Shown here in pieces: positions 35,359 through 47,272 of a DNA stretch of 64,000 bases; positions within the stretch are counted from its first letter, which is position 1, and each line of letters starts with the position of its first letter. Below the pieces are notes generated by a model, which did not search any database, was not told where the DNA came from, and was given only the letters and a program-made list of their open reading frames with translations. The stretch comes from Lingula anatina (lineage: Eukaryota > Animalia > Brachiopoda). A program made the translations under genes and the position numbers. The stretch lies in the NCBI GenBank assembly GCA_051362555.1, contig CM120640.1, positions 2,790,001 through 2,854,000 of the forward strand, in the 5' to 3' direction.

Positions 35359-38300
35359 CTAGGAAATGACACATGATGAGTTGTTTCTTTTCAGACCTGG
35401 TGGATGAACTGATGAATTCCTGGCAAAAAATAGCAGATAATATTTTGTTTTAAAAAAACTTATTATCAAAAAAATATAATTCAAAAGTGCTACTATCATA
35501 TCATCATCAATTTAAAATACAACTAAAAAATCAATTTTAAATCAACAAAAAATGGAAAATATTTTTTGGGCAAATTTTGCCTTAAAAGTCATGAATTCAG
35601 TGCAATTTTCAATATAATTATAAGGGAGAGAGGAGAGAGTAATCGAGTGAAACAACAAACCTGAGATTAGCACCATGACTCGTGTAATAAATTTCCGTTG
35701 AGCTCTCCTGTCCACTGCCACTACTAGATATCATCTGCTGCTGATCAGAGGTATCTGCTGAGGAACAAGGTTCACTCTCAGATGACAAATCTATCTCAGA
35801 AGTCACAAAAGCATCCATTTCAGCAGAAGTCATGAAAATATTTCCTTTGTCATATTCCTCTTCCTGGTCTTCATTATCATAGCTGTTTTCTTCTTCCAGT
35901 TGTTCTTTGATGACAGATAGTTCTTGGGGCTGCTAAAAAGATTTGTTCAACGATTCCAGTTATTTTTATATTTGATTTAAAAGAAATGTCCAAATTCTTT
36001 AATTGAAATAAAATCCGCAATTCTACAAAGAACAACTAGCTATTTATGTTAAACAGTGAATACACATACTAATCAGAAATATACTTTGAAAGTCATTAAT
36101 ATTGACAATATTATGTCTACAATATATAATCGAACTGTTCTACATGCCTGCTTTAGGTCTGTTTGATAGGAGTCATCCATATCAAAGGCATCAATATTAG
36201 GTGATGTGTTTTCACAACTCTCTGGACTACTGGGGACATCACAGCCATCGTTGCTACTGGTACTGCTGAGCAATTTCCTTCTCTTCCTCCTTGGAGTTAT
36301 ACAAGACATGTTCTGTTCTAGGAGCTGTCTGAGCTGGGCCTTCACAGGAACTGCAGCTCCCGAACCCTTTTTACTGCCGTTTCCATTTTCTTTTTTCTGA
36401 AAAAGAATGTGCAATGCATATCACTTTACGTCCTTATTTGGCAATTCCTATCTCTAAGTATAGAACTCACAGATCATCATCATACAATTAAAAATTTAAA
36501 CATTACAGAATCTATAATTTTCCAAATATCAGGAAGGAATTGATTCTTTGCTTTATTAACAGAAGAAAAATCTATACACTTTCAAATGAACTTTAAATCA
36601 TATAAGCTGAAGTACAAAGTAACTTTGTCTAAGAAAAAATGCAGGGAAAATCCTTTATTACATCATCTGATAATTTTCTCTTTTCCTGTTTCCTCATCCT
36701 CAGAAACCCTGTCCTTCTCATTGGTTGCTTGGCACTGCTCTCCTTTCTCAGGGTCTGTCTACACTCCTTGTTTACTCTGGAAAAAACAACAACACTGTCA
36801 GAAAATAGAATGTGCATATGAAAGTAATGTGAAAATCATAATCTTGATCTCAGCTGATATCAGAACATGCCTTTGTTGTTTTTTTAATTATTTGTATACT
36901 GGTTATCCCTGCACTTAAATTTCGTTTCAATATACATATACATTTCTAACAAACTGTGAAAAAAAAAACAAGGAAACAAGAGAAGATTTTCTTCTTATTT
37001 TGCAGAAAATATAAGGACATTATCATATCTTGGAATCTGAACCACCACTTCACATGTGAACAAATGCAAGTCCCAAATGGAGCAGCACTTGGCCAGACAA
37101 GCTGTACCAGTGGTACTTCGGGAGGCCCTATTATGTAAGTGCACTACATGCAGTTTTACTACCTTTTCTCTACCATTTACTTTGTAAATTAAATTAATTT
37201 ACTTCTTTGACACACTATCAAAACTTTTTTACCTACCCTATTGCCTCCTCTAAAGCTGTTATCCAGGAACTCACTGTCTTCTTGTCTTCAGAGAACAGCA
37301 ACACACTCTCATTCTTGCATGTCACCTGGTTAAAAGTATAAGCTAAATACTACACCTGCATAATTCTAAAGCCTGAGGAAAGGTATCACTATGATAGTAA
37401 TTAATTTTGTCAAAAATCATCATTTAGTTTTTCAATAATTCAGTTAGTTACTAGGCACATGTCTGTCTTCTAGACTCATATTGGTGAAATCCTGCAAGCT
37501 CTCTTAATGAAAAATGATACAAACACAAATTATAGCTCAAAGTATCTGTCCACAAACAGAGATGAAACGAGCTCATTGCTCAGACGAAAGGTAGCTTAGT
37601 TTTCACCTTAAACAAATCCCCCAGCATTCTCTCCACATGGCAGTGGTGGAGAGGGAACACACAGCAGCAGACATACTTGGAATTGAAAGGTTTGGCATAC
37701 AGTAACATGTCTGAAAACAGGAAGAACATACGCTCATGGGATGAGCAACCTGTTCTTGAAACCTGTGAAAAAGATAAAAAATTGTTCTGTTAGAATGCCA
37801 TTTATTCAAATATATATTTTAATTTATAATTTTAATTTTTATAATTTTTTAAATAATCTATTGTCATATTTATACAAGTATAAAATGAAAATTGGTATGA
37901 TCTGTCGATAAAATGTAATACAATGGAATTATTAAAAAACATTAAAATAATTACCAGCTTGCAATTACGAGAGAAGTAAAATGCTTTGGTTCATGGAAAA
38001 ATGGTTAGAAACAACTTCTTTTTGCCAAATTGTCTCAGGTAATTTTACTTTAAACTTTAAAGTTGAAATTTTTAGCCTGTTAGATAAAGAGGGTTCTTAG
38101 ACTACTATACCTTTTTTAACATGCCATCTTTGATGAATCTTCTTCCAGGAGCAACAATCCTGGGAGCTGTGTTCCCTGTCAAATTGTTCTGTATTGCCAG
38201 CATCTTCTGGAAGTTGTCGTGCTCCTTTATGTGTTCGTTGATGTGTGCTGCAACCCCAGCTATCATTATCGCTGCATCTGTGTGGATAAATCAGAAATTA

Positions 38301-41113
38301 AACACTTGAGAGAACACATTTTTTATTTCTAAAGGGACTGAAAAAAAAAAGCATACCAACATACTTTAAGTATGGATTACAATTTCTACAAGAGAGGAAA
38401 ATAAAACTAATACTGAACAAAGTAATAAACCAATGTTGTCTTCAACAGAGAAACGAGTGTCAGCAACCCCTCGAGTTGGTCACATCACATGAAAGGTAAG
38501 ACAGCTAGATGTCTGCTCAAGGACCTGTTCTCAGTTGTGGGAGAGATGAAATTTCCTCCACAGTTCAGTGGTAACGATCGCAAAGTTGCTTTATTACTTT
38601 GTAAGCCCAGTTTTAATAGTTTTTTTTTTTTGCACTTATTGTATATTACATTATCTGGGTTAAATAGAACATTCACTCTACAGACTTTAAAGATCCCATC
38701 TCTAATATTTACATTTCATAACTGACATCACCTGTACCTTTTAATGCTTTATAATCATCATCTTCAGGTGGGGTGTTCTCTAGAAGATCTTCCAGTAATA
38801 ACTTGTACCTGAAATACACACACACATCAGCATCACAAAGGAATCATTTACCATATACTTATGAGAGACAGGCCAAAAATGAAAATTGGTGTTTTAAAAC
38901 TATTTTACACATAAGTACTTATTAAAATGAAGTGGCTTGCAGAACATCTTTCTGCAATTCATTAATTGCACTGATTTTTCTAAGACAGGAAAAAAAAATT
39001 TTTTTGGCAATTATTTGAAGAGAAAATTTTATACCTTGGTATTCTTTGCACAGGTGTAATAAGTAAAGCATTGAACTTTAGACCCATTACTTCGGGCTCT
39101 TCCTCCTGAGCACGCCTGAATGCAGAAAACTCGGGCTTTTTCTGCTCCCATTCCTAACACAACAAAACAAAATGCAAATTAATAATGATCCTTCAACATC
39201 ACCTTAACTAAACATATAGTTAACAAAACATTATAATGAAAAAAGTTCACATGATATTTACAATAAAGTTCTTAACACCAAGTATTAATGGTGAGGGCGT
39301 CTCGATAGTCCGAAGGTTCATTGGTCCGAAATGTGGTAACATTTTCATCGATTTTTTAATCAAGGGTTCATTGGTCCGAAGGTTCTATAGTGAATATTAG
39401 GACCAATGAACCTTCGGACTATTGAACCTTCGGACTATTGCTATGGCCCCTTAATGGTGACAAATAAATTCAACTTTTAACATCATAATCTTTATAACCA
39501 CAGCTCCACTGTAAACTCCTTAAATCAGACATGAGCCTAGGTTAAAAAAAAAAAACCCTCTGACCATTTATCATGAGACCCAACACCTAACCTTGATGAA
39601 TCTCAGGAACCATCAGAATTGAATTAAAAAAAGCGGAATTCCACTTTTCTGTGGAAAAAGCTCATGTCTGTTAAATCTACACATAAACATGAACAGATAT
39701 CTCACCAGCAGAGTACCAAGAGCATGTTCATGGTTATTTGCATACATGGAATAAAGCTTTAGAAATGGCGCCAGGGACAGGAATGCGTCTCCTATTGATG
39801 TTGTCTCTAACTGTTCTAGGAGTTCTTTGTTGACTTCTATGATATTCCTGATGTTGCTGAATATTGTGGCTTGCACATGCTTTGGTACCAACTGACTTTC
39901 TGTCAAAGGGTCAGCAAAATACTGGAAATGATACAAAGAAACTTCTTTTATATTTCCCTTTAGCATGCAATGCACTATTTCTTGGATAAAAGAATTACTG
40001 AACACTTATAAAATTTAGAAAATGCTACTTGAGTTCAGTTAACTTCTTACCTCTCAGAAAACAATTTTATCAACAGTATTATGTACTAAGAATAAGTCAA
40101 TTAATTTTCTTCAATCAACAGTTAGTAATGGAATTATTTACCTCCATTACTTTATGTCTATCTAGAGCATCTTCATCAGTGAATGAGGCTTTCCAGGTGA
40201 ATAGCCTCTATAGAGGACATATCCCCTACAAACACACTCTAACCACCTTAGACAGGAATGAGACTGCCATTTAGTGAAAAATTCAGAGAATATGGTGTGG
40301 GATCCAAAGGCCACATAGACTTAAAGGTCAGAAATCTGCCAATACTCAATAGAAAAATAGAAAAAAAAAAAAAAGAAAAAAAAATCTCATCTCTGCTTGG
40401 AAAAGGCAGGTTCACTTATCACAGACGTACATCAAAATACTGGAGGTAGAAAACAATTTTAGTAATCGCTGCTGATTATTGTTTCAATCTTCTTACCTTT
40501 ACAATTAACTCCAGATGCTTCTGATACGTCCTTTCAGTGTCAAATATCTCCTTGATAATCTTTTTACGTCTCCTTTCTCTCCGTGCCAGATCTTTGCTGT
40601 CTTGATCCTCCTCATCTGAGGTATTACAAACCTTCTGATGGGCAGAACCTTCGTCATCTTCACATTCCTTTAATGCCTCTAGGACTACAACATAGAAATG
40701 TACATACAGTATTTTCCACTACATTTTAAAGATTATACTTTAAATTGTCCAATATACATGAAGATCAATATATATATATGTGATATATATTATGTATATT
40801 TATTTTATCATAAATATAGATAAATATAAATAATATAAAAATTAAATGGGTGACCTAGAGCTAAGTTTCAGAGGAGCATTTACTACTGTGATTGATATAC
40901 AGTACTACTTAAATAACTTATAGTGGATGGTATGTAACTAATAAAGCTTATTTTATGTTGTTTATGGAAATGAAATATTGTCAAGCATTTTTACTAGTAC
41001 TTAATTACTACGTTACTAAATTACTGTAATAAATACAAAACTAAATCTGCCATTTCATGTAGCAGTATGTAGTTGTTTACACTACCTCTAACACGACTCC
41101 TTGTTGACAGCAT
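35359..41113 (-). CDS. ARHGEF39: DH-PH Rho guanine nucleotide exchange factor, ARHGEF39-like, ~576 aa with C-terminal extension
   Basis: Phase-consistent exons 41113..41086, 40684..40497, 39921..39706, 39153..39035, 38808..38738, 38277..38111, 37762..37607, 37325..37237, 36776..36662, 36396..36148 (donor uncertain), 35932..35661, 35419..35359. DH motifs KEIFDTERTY, PFLKLYSMYANN, LLITPVQRIPRYKLLL. PH motifs GRRFIKDGMLKK, ERMFFLFSDMLLYAKP, VFPLHHCHVERMLG. Orthology is from recalled similarity, not a search. Confidence 0.85.
39295..39450. mobile_element. 156-bp miniature transposon with 10-bp TSD and inverted ~15-bp subterminal repeats (Mutator/MULE-like)
   Basis: TTAATGGTGA is exact at 39285-39294 and 39451-39460. 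Termini are GGG...CCC. GTCCGAAGGTTCATTG units on the left are mirrored by GAACCTTCGGACTATTG units on the right. Intronic in the RhoGEF. Confidence 0.85.
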
Positions 41114-41243
41114 GACAGAAACGGTTATAGCAATTTCAATACTGAAAAAAATACAATATTCTTAAATTAAGGAATGAAGAAATATTAGTTCTTTTGCAGA
41201 ATCCCCCCTCCCTGTGTCTCTCTCATTTTAAAGGCAACCAAAA

Positions 41244-44200
41244 CTAGAGGATCAGAGAGGCGATACCGCCTCCGAATATTGTACCACCAGCTGGAGCAAG
41301 CGCATTCGTATAGACCCCCACATACACAAAATAAGGGACACAGCCACCAGTCTTATGCTTGACAAGCTATAAAAATGCAATCAACAAGAATTTTCAAAAT
41401 ACGCAAAAAATATATATAACTTAAAATGGTACAATCAAAGTTAAGTTCATCGTAAGGTAGGTCAAAGGTCAATTTCAAGGTCACAGTAAATTGCCAGTAT
41501 ATGACTTCCTATTCAACTTCAATAGTAACTATGGACCTATCTCTGCCAGGTTTGGAGTTAAAAGAGAAAGAAATTAGCAGAGTTCAGTTCATGATTATAA
41601 GTAGGTCAAAGGTCAATTTCAAGGTCACACTTAGATTGCCAGTATATGACTTCCTATTCAACTTCAATAGTAACTATGGACCTATCTTGCTAGTTTTGGA
41701 AATAAAAGGGAACCAAAATTTGCAAAGTTCAATTCATGATAAAAAGTAGGTCAAAGGTCAATTTCAAGGTCACATTTAGATTGCCAGTATATGACTTCCT
41801 ATTCAAGTTCAAAAGTAACTATGGACCTATCTCTGCCAGTTTTGGAGATAAAAGGGAAGCAAAATTTGCAAAGTTCAATTCATGATAAAAAGTAGGTCAA
41901 AGGTCAATTTCAAGGTCACATTTAGATTGCCAGTATATGACTTCCTATTCAACTTCAACAGTAACTATGGACCTATCTCTGCCAGGTTTGGAGTTAAAAG
42001 AGAAAGAAATTAGCAGAGTTCAGTTCATGGTGAAAAGTAGGTCAAAGGTCAATTTTAAGGTCACATTTAGATTGCCAGTATATGACTTCCTATTCAACTT
42101 CAATAGTAACTATGAACCTATCTCTGCCAGTTTTGGAGATAAAAGGGAAGCAAAATTTGCAAAGTTCAGTTCATGGTGAAAAGTAGGTCAAAGGTCAATT
42201 TCAAGGTCACAGTAAGATTGCCAGTACATGACTTCCTATTCAACTTCAATAGTAACTATGGACTTATCTCTGCCAGTTTTGGAGATATAAGGGACTAAAT
42301 GTTATAATTTTGGAGTTACCATAATGTGCCATAAAGAAAAGGTCATTTTGGTAAAAATTCTTGAAATGGGAGGTGCTCTGAAGTTCCAGATGTTCAAATT
42401 TGATGAAATAATGTCATTTTCGACCACAAGTTGCCTGCTTTGCCAAGCCTTATGTTTTATTTTTCCGGAGTTCAAAATTTATTATCCATTACCGTACTGC
42501 ACATTTTGCTTTAACCACCAAAATGTACTTTTTGATACAGCGTAACTTTGGAGATAAAAGGGAAGCAAAATTTGCAAAGTTCAGTTCATGATGAAAAGAA
42601 GGTCAAAGGTCAATTTCAAGGTCACAGTAAGATTGCCAGTATATGACTTCCTATTCAAGTTCAATAGTAACTATGGATTTATTTCTGCCAGTTTTGGGGA
42701 TAAAAGGGAACCAAAATTTGCAAAGTTCAATTCATGATAAAAAGTAGGTCAAAGGTCAATTTCAAGGTCACATTTAGATTGCCAGTATATGACTTCCTAT
42801 TCAACTTCAACAGTAACTATGGACCTATCTCTGCCAAGTTTGGAGTTAAAAGAGAAAGAAATTAGCAGAGTTCAGTTCATGGTGAAAAGAAGGTCAAAGG
42901 TCAATTTTAAGGTCACATTTAGATTGCCAGTATATGACTTCCTATTCAACTTCAATAGTAACTATGGACCTATCTCTGCTAGTTTTGGAGATAAAAGGGA
43001 AGCAAAATTTCCAAAGTTCAGTTCATGGTGAAAAGTAGGTCAAAGGTCAATTTCAAGGTCACATTTAGATTGCCAGTATATGACTTCCTATTCAACTTCA
43101 ATAGTAACTATGGACCTATCTCTGCCAGTTTTGGAGATAAAAGGGAAGCAAAATTTGCAAAGTTCAATTTATGGTGAAAAGTAGGTCAAAGGTCAATTTC
43201 AAGGTCACAGTAAGATTGCCAGTATATGACTTCCTATTCAACTTCAATAGTAACTATGGACCTATCTCTGCCAGTTTTGGAGATATAAGGGACTAAATGT
43301 TATAATTTCGGAGTTACCTTAATGTGCCATAAATTTCCTACAGAAAAAATTAATTAAAATAAAGAAAAGGTCATTTTGGTAAAAATTCTTGAAATGGGAG
43401 GTGCTCTGAAGTTCCAGAAGTTCAAATTTGATGAAATAATGTCATTTTTGACCACAAGTTGTCTGCTTTGCCAAGCCTTATGTTTTATTTTTCCAGAGTT
43501 CAAAATTTATTATCCATTACCGTACTGCACATTTTGCTTTCACCACCAATATGTACTTTTTGATACAGCGTAACTCGAAAACCGTATGGAATACAAAAAA
43601 ACGGAGACCACCTCCAGTGTTGGGCTTTACATGCTCTACAAAATGCAAAAAAGAATGGGTCTCTAGCATTAACGGTTCCTGAATTAGAGACAGTTTTCAG
43701 TTTCGGTATCTTATGGCCGCTACTCCCGTGAAAATGCACCGATTGACCCCAAATTTACGGATATGAAAGATGACCTGAAGGGTAACATCTTCCAATAATA
43801 TTATTGGTTAAGTCTGTGTGGTGTCTGAATAACAGCGCAAATAAATTTTTTTTCGTAAAAAAATTCATTTTTTTGAAAATTTTTGCCCGTTTGACCTTGA
43901 AATAAAGGTCAAAGGTCAAATCCAAGGGCATATTTGAAATCTACACATATGACTTTTGGAAAGCCGTCTGTAGAAATTTTTCCCATAATTCCTTCCGTAG
44001 GGTAGATAATTAGCATTTAATTTTGCCATTTTTGGACAAGGGTGCATTGCAATGAGTGCCACACCTAGACCCCAATACCGACAAGGCCCAAATTTTACGT
44101 GGAACGAGTTGAGATTATAGGTGACCTAAATCCAAGAGATGGGTATGGGGGCCCTTACCGTCTAGGAGGAGAAGCGGTAACGGTAACATGGCGGCGGAGC

Positions 44201-44301
44201 CGGCGGAGCCGGCGGAGCCGCAGGAGCCGGCGGAGCCGGCGGAACGGACCGGACGGGACTAAAACCATGTGTACCGCCAGCGCTAACGCTGGTGGTACAA
44301 T
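41244..44301 (-). mobile_element. Non-autonomous Helentron/Helitron-type element (HINE/DINE-like), ~3.06 kb
   Basis: Perfect 14-bp subterminal inverted repeats ATTGTACCACCAGC (41278-41291) and GCTGGTGGTACAAT (44288-44301). Terminal palindrome at 44270-44299, adjacent (CGGCGGAGC)n/CGGA microsatellite at ~44190-44258, hairpin GAGGCG-ATAC-CGCCTC at 41257-41272, CTAG end at 41244-41247, and a central tandem array. No Rep/helicase ORF. Confidence 0.85.
41457..43290. repeat. ~145-bp tandem repeat array (~11 units in two blocks) inside the Helentron-type element
   Basis: Unit starts near 41457, 41601, 41746, 41892, 42037, 42183, then 42597, 42743, 42888, 43035, 43181. The ~250-bp spacer 42290-42545 is repeated at 43290-43575. 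Confidence 0.95.
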
Positions 44302-44622
44302 TAAGTTATATGGTGACTATGATCAATGTCTCTTCTTTTCAAATAAATTAGTTTTGTATTTTACTAAATAATTATTTAAATATCTTTTATTAAACCTTCA
44401 AGCTCTGGGAGATTACAGAAAGCTCTGTAAGATTACGGAAAAATTTCACTCAAGCAATGGCCTCCACTTTGGATGGCATGTACTACAGTATGTTTCATGC
44501 AAAAAATCAAGTTAAATTGGCATACTAAATAAATTGCCGAACTATTTATTAGAATTTCCGGGACACATTGCTCAAAGTTACCACAAGTTGGTTAAAAAAG
44601 ATATTGAAAATCAAGAGTTTTA

Positions 44623-44680
44623 TGGTGGTGGTGGTGGTGGTGGTGGTGGTGGTGGTGGTGGGGGGGGGGGGGGGGGGGGG
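44623..44680. repeat. (GGT)n microsatellite merging into poly-G
   Basis: Read directly. Confidence 0.95.
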
Positions 44681-45002
44681 CTTCGGGAGGGAAAACTGCA
44701 AAAGTGCCAAATCTTTGTAACTTGAATATCCATAACGTGATCAATATCAAACATTTTCACTTCAGTTAATAATGTAACAATCAGAAGGGCCTATGAAGCA
44801 GGTGTCACCTCAATGTTGACATGGCTACAATGAGTCACTACAGGCATGCATTGCTGTAAATCTCAAATTTATATTTAAATACAAATATGTCGAAATGAAA
44901 AGGGAAAGGGGTGAATTGGACCAATTATAAAAAATTACAAGATTGTACAAGGTTTTCTCTAACTGGATGTGCTTAAAATATTACTCTTCATAATTATCTT
45001 AC

Positions 45003-45150
45003 CTGTGATTAAAACAGCGGTGTCAAGAACAGCATAAAAAGTGAATGAAAAATCTCATTATCAATTAACACAGTGAATGTTTCAAATGGTTCAAAACAGG
45101 TGCTCTTTTACGAAGAAACTGACGTCCGCAATTCCCATTGGTCAATTTTG
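45003..45150 (-). promoter_or_regulatory. Candidate non-coding first exon and promoter of the RhoGEF gene
   Basis: Consensus minus-strand donor CAG|GTAAG at 45003/45002. TGACGTC (45120) and ATTGG (~45136) lie just upstream, in a local CpG-containing patch. The ATG-bearing exon has its own acceptor at 41141, so an upstream UTR exon is needed. Confidence 0.45.
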
Positions 45151-45589
45151 TAGGTCACATTAAAGGCAAGTACTAGGTCATTTTGTGCGACCTAAACCCC
45201 TGCAAGCTAATGGCTTGGAGGAGGGGTGCATTTTTTTTTGTTTACAAATATTGACTCATTGTGAAAAAAGAAGTTTTGCACTGATATGGTTTGATGAAAG
45301 GTTTTAATGAATGTTTACATTGCCTCAGTAAACACTAGCTGCCACTTATTTAGTGAGCCTTAGCAGTAATAAATAGGCCCAATTAGTCCATGGCTTCCGC
45401 GTCTCAGCTCGCCACGCGCTGAGCCCACCCAGAGCTTCAGAGTCATGAACGCGGTAAGTTGCCTTAAGTAATACTCTGATACAGACCATTTGAGCGACAT
45501 AGACTGTGAAACACCCGGGAAAATTACTTAAACATACACGAGGCTAGTATTAATGTTTACAATAAAATACTCTCTCTCGATCCCTCCTC

Positions 45590-45621
<32 letters not shown>

Positions 45622-46324
45622 CCTTTTACTTTGTTGCTACACTTGATCGACATTACACATATTTTTTAGTATTTGTTAAGATGCATTTACTTGAATTTTT
45701 TATAGTGTAAAATGTTTTTGAGATCAAAAGCCTCTGCATTGGAGGAACTTAGATAACAATCACATTTTCTTTTTTCATCTTGGCAAACTTCTGTTGCTTC
45801 CTGTAGATTTATTCTTGATAAATATGCTCAAGTTTCATTGTAGTCAGTTTGTGGTTTGGACCCATGGTGGCTGACGGAAGTGAGACCTAACAATGAAAAC
45901 AGCAAAGCGTGCCTTGGAGTTTGCTTTGAAACCTGAGTCTAACAGTGGCAGGGACATATGCAGTGACCCTACTAATAACAGCTGAGGCTACAAAGGATGA
46001 CCACCCCATAGAGAAAAAACTTGTGATCATGATGCAAGGTACTAGTGATTTCTGCAGAGATGAGATTTATTCATTTTTTGTTACTTTTTTTCCATGACAA
46101 TTGAATCTGTAGTTATTAAAGACAACTTTATATATATACATGTACATATGTGTGTACCTTATCTTTAAAAAATGACGAGCTTATATTTGGTAATTTTCAG
46201 TCTTATTTTTTGTTTGTTACTTAACTATTGTGATGGACATGCCCTAATGACACCACAGTATGTCACAATATTTCACCATTTGAAACTATTTAAATGGGTA
46301 TTGAAATTAATTTATAAATGAAAT

Positions 46325-47272
46325 ATATAACAGAATCAACAATTACAAAGATGGATAGGGAAACCCTTTGTAAGTTAATCAAAATAAAGAATATATCATT
46401 GTAGTTAATAGATAAACATGGAGAAGAAAGAGCAAATTTCCTTCCAAAAGTTCAATGGCTGGGAGGTAAGTGTTCCCTGTTCCAAGCCTCTGAAGCCTCA
46501 ATGGTACACCAGGATCTGTATGTCCTGGATACTGAATGATTGTAGTTTTGTCATGTCATCTTTTTCTTCTATTCACAAAACACACCACAATACATGTTAC
46601 CACAAATTTATAGAATTAAACACAGACCACATTGATTATATAATTTTAGGCCTAACACCAGAGGTTTTCAACCCGGAAAAGGCATTATGGAAGATAGACC
46701 AGAGAGTAGTTTAATGAGTGTTCTTGTGTTTTGACTGTAATGTAAAACAAGGGGTGCAGGCCTGAGCTCACCACCTGGCTTTCACTGTTAATTAAGATAA
46801 GGGAGCGTGCTACCGGGAATTGTTTTCGCTGATAACATTTAGTTTTGATTTTGCAGCAATTAGTGTTGGGTTTGCCACTACTATCTGAACACCCAAGCTG
46901 GCAAGAGGCACATTTGGTTTCATCTCCATTGATTGAAGCAGTAGTGGCATATCTCTCATAGTTGTAACATGTCAAAGGTTTCAAGGAAGAAGACAGTCTT
47001 GGGTGAGTATATATGTGCTTTGGGGAGCTTTTCAAAGTTATGAAAAAAATGTTATTGGTGTATTCTTGTCTCTCTAGATTTGAATTTCAGATGTTAATTA
47101 CCTTTTGTTGAATATTTTTCAGCATAACCTTCTTTCTAGTATCCTGACAGTCAGATGTAATGTAGTCAAAAGTTTAATTTATTGAAGCTAAATGTATATC
47201 TAACAGAATCAACAATTACAAAGATGAATAGGGAGACAATTTGTAAATTAATCAAAATGAAGAATATATCAT
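46325..47272. repeat. ~75-bp direct repeat pair (46325-46400 and 47197-47272)
   Basis: Both copies read taacagaatcaacaattacaaagatg.ataggga....tttgtaa.ttaatcaaaat.aagaatatatcat. Confidence 0.85.
46780..47045 (-). pseudogene. Possible decayed non-LTR retrotransposon ORF1 zinc-knuckle region
   Basis: Translation PLTCYNYERY...KCASCQ...CCKIKTKCYQ...ARS follows the spacing of a triple CCHC knuckle with several ligands mutated. Confidence 0.35.

Noticed and set aside
41501-43739. Repeated short ORFs (MTSYSTS..., ...MGGALKFQ...)
   Set aside because: They are translations of the satellite and its duplicated spacer, with no domain signal.
44394-44480. Possible upstream coding exon of the RhoGEF with an in-frame TGA
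   Set aside because: A better ATG exon with correct phase exists at 41113-41086. No SECIS evidence, and the sequence looks repeat-derived.
44099-44725. Protamine-like RRSRRS ORF and poly-Gly ORF
   Set aside because: Products of the (CGGCGGAGC)n and (GGT)n/poly-G microsatellites.
45810-45872. Minus-strand perfect Kozak GCCACCATGG
   Set aside because: The reading frame stops after 18 codons, with no usable donor or homology.
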